DNA of 32,000 nucleotides from a cyanobacterium endosymbiont of Braarudosphaera bigelowii (GTDB lineage Bacteria; Cyanobacteriota; Cyanobacteriia; Cyanobacteriales; Microcystaceae). A program made the position numbers and the translations under genes. The notes beneath the pieces were generated by a model. The model saw nothing but the letters and a program-made list of their open reading frames with translations, was not told the DNA's origin and did not search any database. Where the stretch lies: positions 690,001 to 722,000 of the forward strand of contig NZ_AP024987.1 of assembly GCF_020885515.1 (NCBI RefSeq), given 5' to 3'. This document shows, piece after piece, positions 30,990-32,000 of the stretch (positions within the stretch are counted from its first letter, which is position 1; each line of letters opens with the position of its first letter).

Positions 30990-31024
30990 TTTATGATTTA
31001 AGTTTATAAAATTTAAATCATAAA
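30990..31024. repeat. Perfect 12-bp inverted repeat, 11-nt loop
   Basis: TTTATGATTTAA (30990-31001) / TTAAATCATAAA (31013-31024). Confidence 0.6.
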
Positions 31025-31260
31025 ATCTATTTCTGTCTCATAAAAACAATTATCAATATATATAATATCAAATGATATAACTCATAAATAACATTTCTTA
31101 AGCTTAAAAGATATCACTGTTTTACTATAATTAGCTTGTTGATGAATAAAAGTATTTTGTTTTATACTCAAAAATTAAGGAGCAGTAAATTCCTACAGAA
31201 AATCTTAGGAATGAGAAGGTTAAAATTGAAGAAGAAACGCTAAAAAAATAATTAACATTC

Positions 31261-32000
31261 ATGTCAGATTTGCCAGCATCTATAGCTGTTTATTATCATC
31301 AACGAACAAAATACGATCCAAAAACTATTGCTACTAAAAATAAAGGTTTGGATTGGTCAAAGCAACCAACTCCTTTTAAGGAATATAAAATCGGCAAGTC
31401 TTATGAGCTAATAGCTTACTCATCAAAGAAATCATCAATTACTTCTCATTCTTCATATTGGCACAGACTTTCACGTTTATGTGGCTGTAGTTATGGATTA
31501 ACTGCAAAAATACCCACTATTGGAAGTCCTATGTATTTAAGAGCAACTCCATCAGCTGGAGGACTCTATCCAGCTGAAGTTTATCTAATTTCAAAAGGAA
31601 CTCCATGGCTACCAGCTGGATTGTATAGTTATCAGCCACAAAATCATTCCTTATTGCATTTTTGGGATGATAATGTTTGGGAAAATTTAGAGACAGCATG
31701 TTTATATCATCAGGCTCTTGAAAGCGCAGAAATAGTAGTTGTTACAACTGCTATTTTCTACAGATCATCGTGGCGATATGAAGACCGGGCCTATCGAAGA
31801 ATTTGTTTAGATACAGGGCACTTACTAGGTAATATAGAACTAGCTTGTGCTATGACTAATTATCGTCCTCACTTAATTGGAGGTTTTGTAGATAATTTAA
31901 TAAATAAAATCTTCTATTTTAACCCTAAAGAAGAAGGAGTGATTTCAGTTATTGCTTTATCTGATTTATCTAATGATAATAAAAATTTAAAAAATATAGG
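31261..32000 (+). CDS. SagB/ThcOx-type nitroreductase-like dehydrogenase, 5' part (continues beyond the window)
   Basis: Manual translation MSDLPASIAVYYHQRTKYDPKTI...TPFKEYKIG...LYLRATPSAGGLYPAEVYLI-type region (MYLRATPSAGGLYPAEVYLISKG)...RAYRRICLDTGHLLGNIELACAM; open to the window end. Confidence 0.85.
   Translation, partial: MSDLPASIAVYYHQRTKYDPKTIATKNKGLDWSKQPTPFKEYKIGKSYELIAYSSKKSSITSHSSYWHRLSRLCGCSYGLTAKIPTIGSPMYLRATPSAGGLYPAEVYLISKGTPWLPAGLYSYQPQNHSLLHFWDDNVWENLETACLYHQALESAEIVVVTTAIFYRSSWRYEDRAYRRICLDTGHLLGNIELACAMTNYRPHLIGGFVDNLINKIFYFNPKEEGVISVIALSDLSNDNKNLKNI

Noticed and set aside
1-32000. Search for defence, toxin-antitoxin, prophage or retron modules
   Set aside because: All sizable ORFs are assignable to housekeeping or metabolic families; no supporting motifs found.

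Overview
This is an AT-rich, mostly housekeeping cyanobacterial segment. Gene content and order resemble a unicellular diazotroph-type cyanobacterium with a reduced genome (UCYN-A / Candidatus Atelocyanobacterium-like); that assignment is inference. Supported content: the 3' part of tRNA-Gln, a gyrA-type topoisomerase subunit, 1-Cys peroxiredoxin, rpmB, a UPF0104/LPG-synthase-like membrane protein, a hydrogenase maturation protease, a CobD-like aminotransferase, HU, dxs, ftrC, DUF309, a TPR-like membrane protein, Jag/R3H-KH, yidC, rnpA, rpmH (absent from the ORF track, GTG start), uppS, cdaA, lysA, rps1, rnpB (absent from the ORF track), TerB-like, rsmB, cobI, rpsD, an M20 amidohydrolase, anmK, an SbmA/BacA/YddA-like ABC transporter, a 61-aa single-TM protein, and the start of a SagB/ThcOx-type dehydrogenase running off the right edge. 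I found no CRISPR, defence island, transposase or prophage. The most striking unexplained structure is a set of long, perfect or near-perfect intergenic inverted repeats: 28-30 bp stems at 7877-7944, 23282-23350 and 25734-25798, and 12-18 bp stems at 90-134, 2994-3040, 3898-3955, 12494-12536, 18449-18493 and 30990-31024. They share architecture (long stem, mostly short AT-rich loop) but mostly not sequence. Most lie between co-oriented genes, often a few nt after a stop codon, and usually lack an adjacent U-tract.
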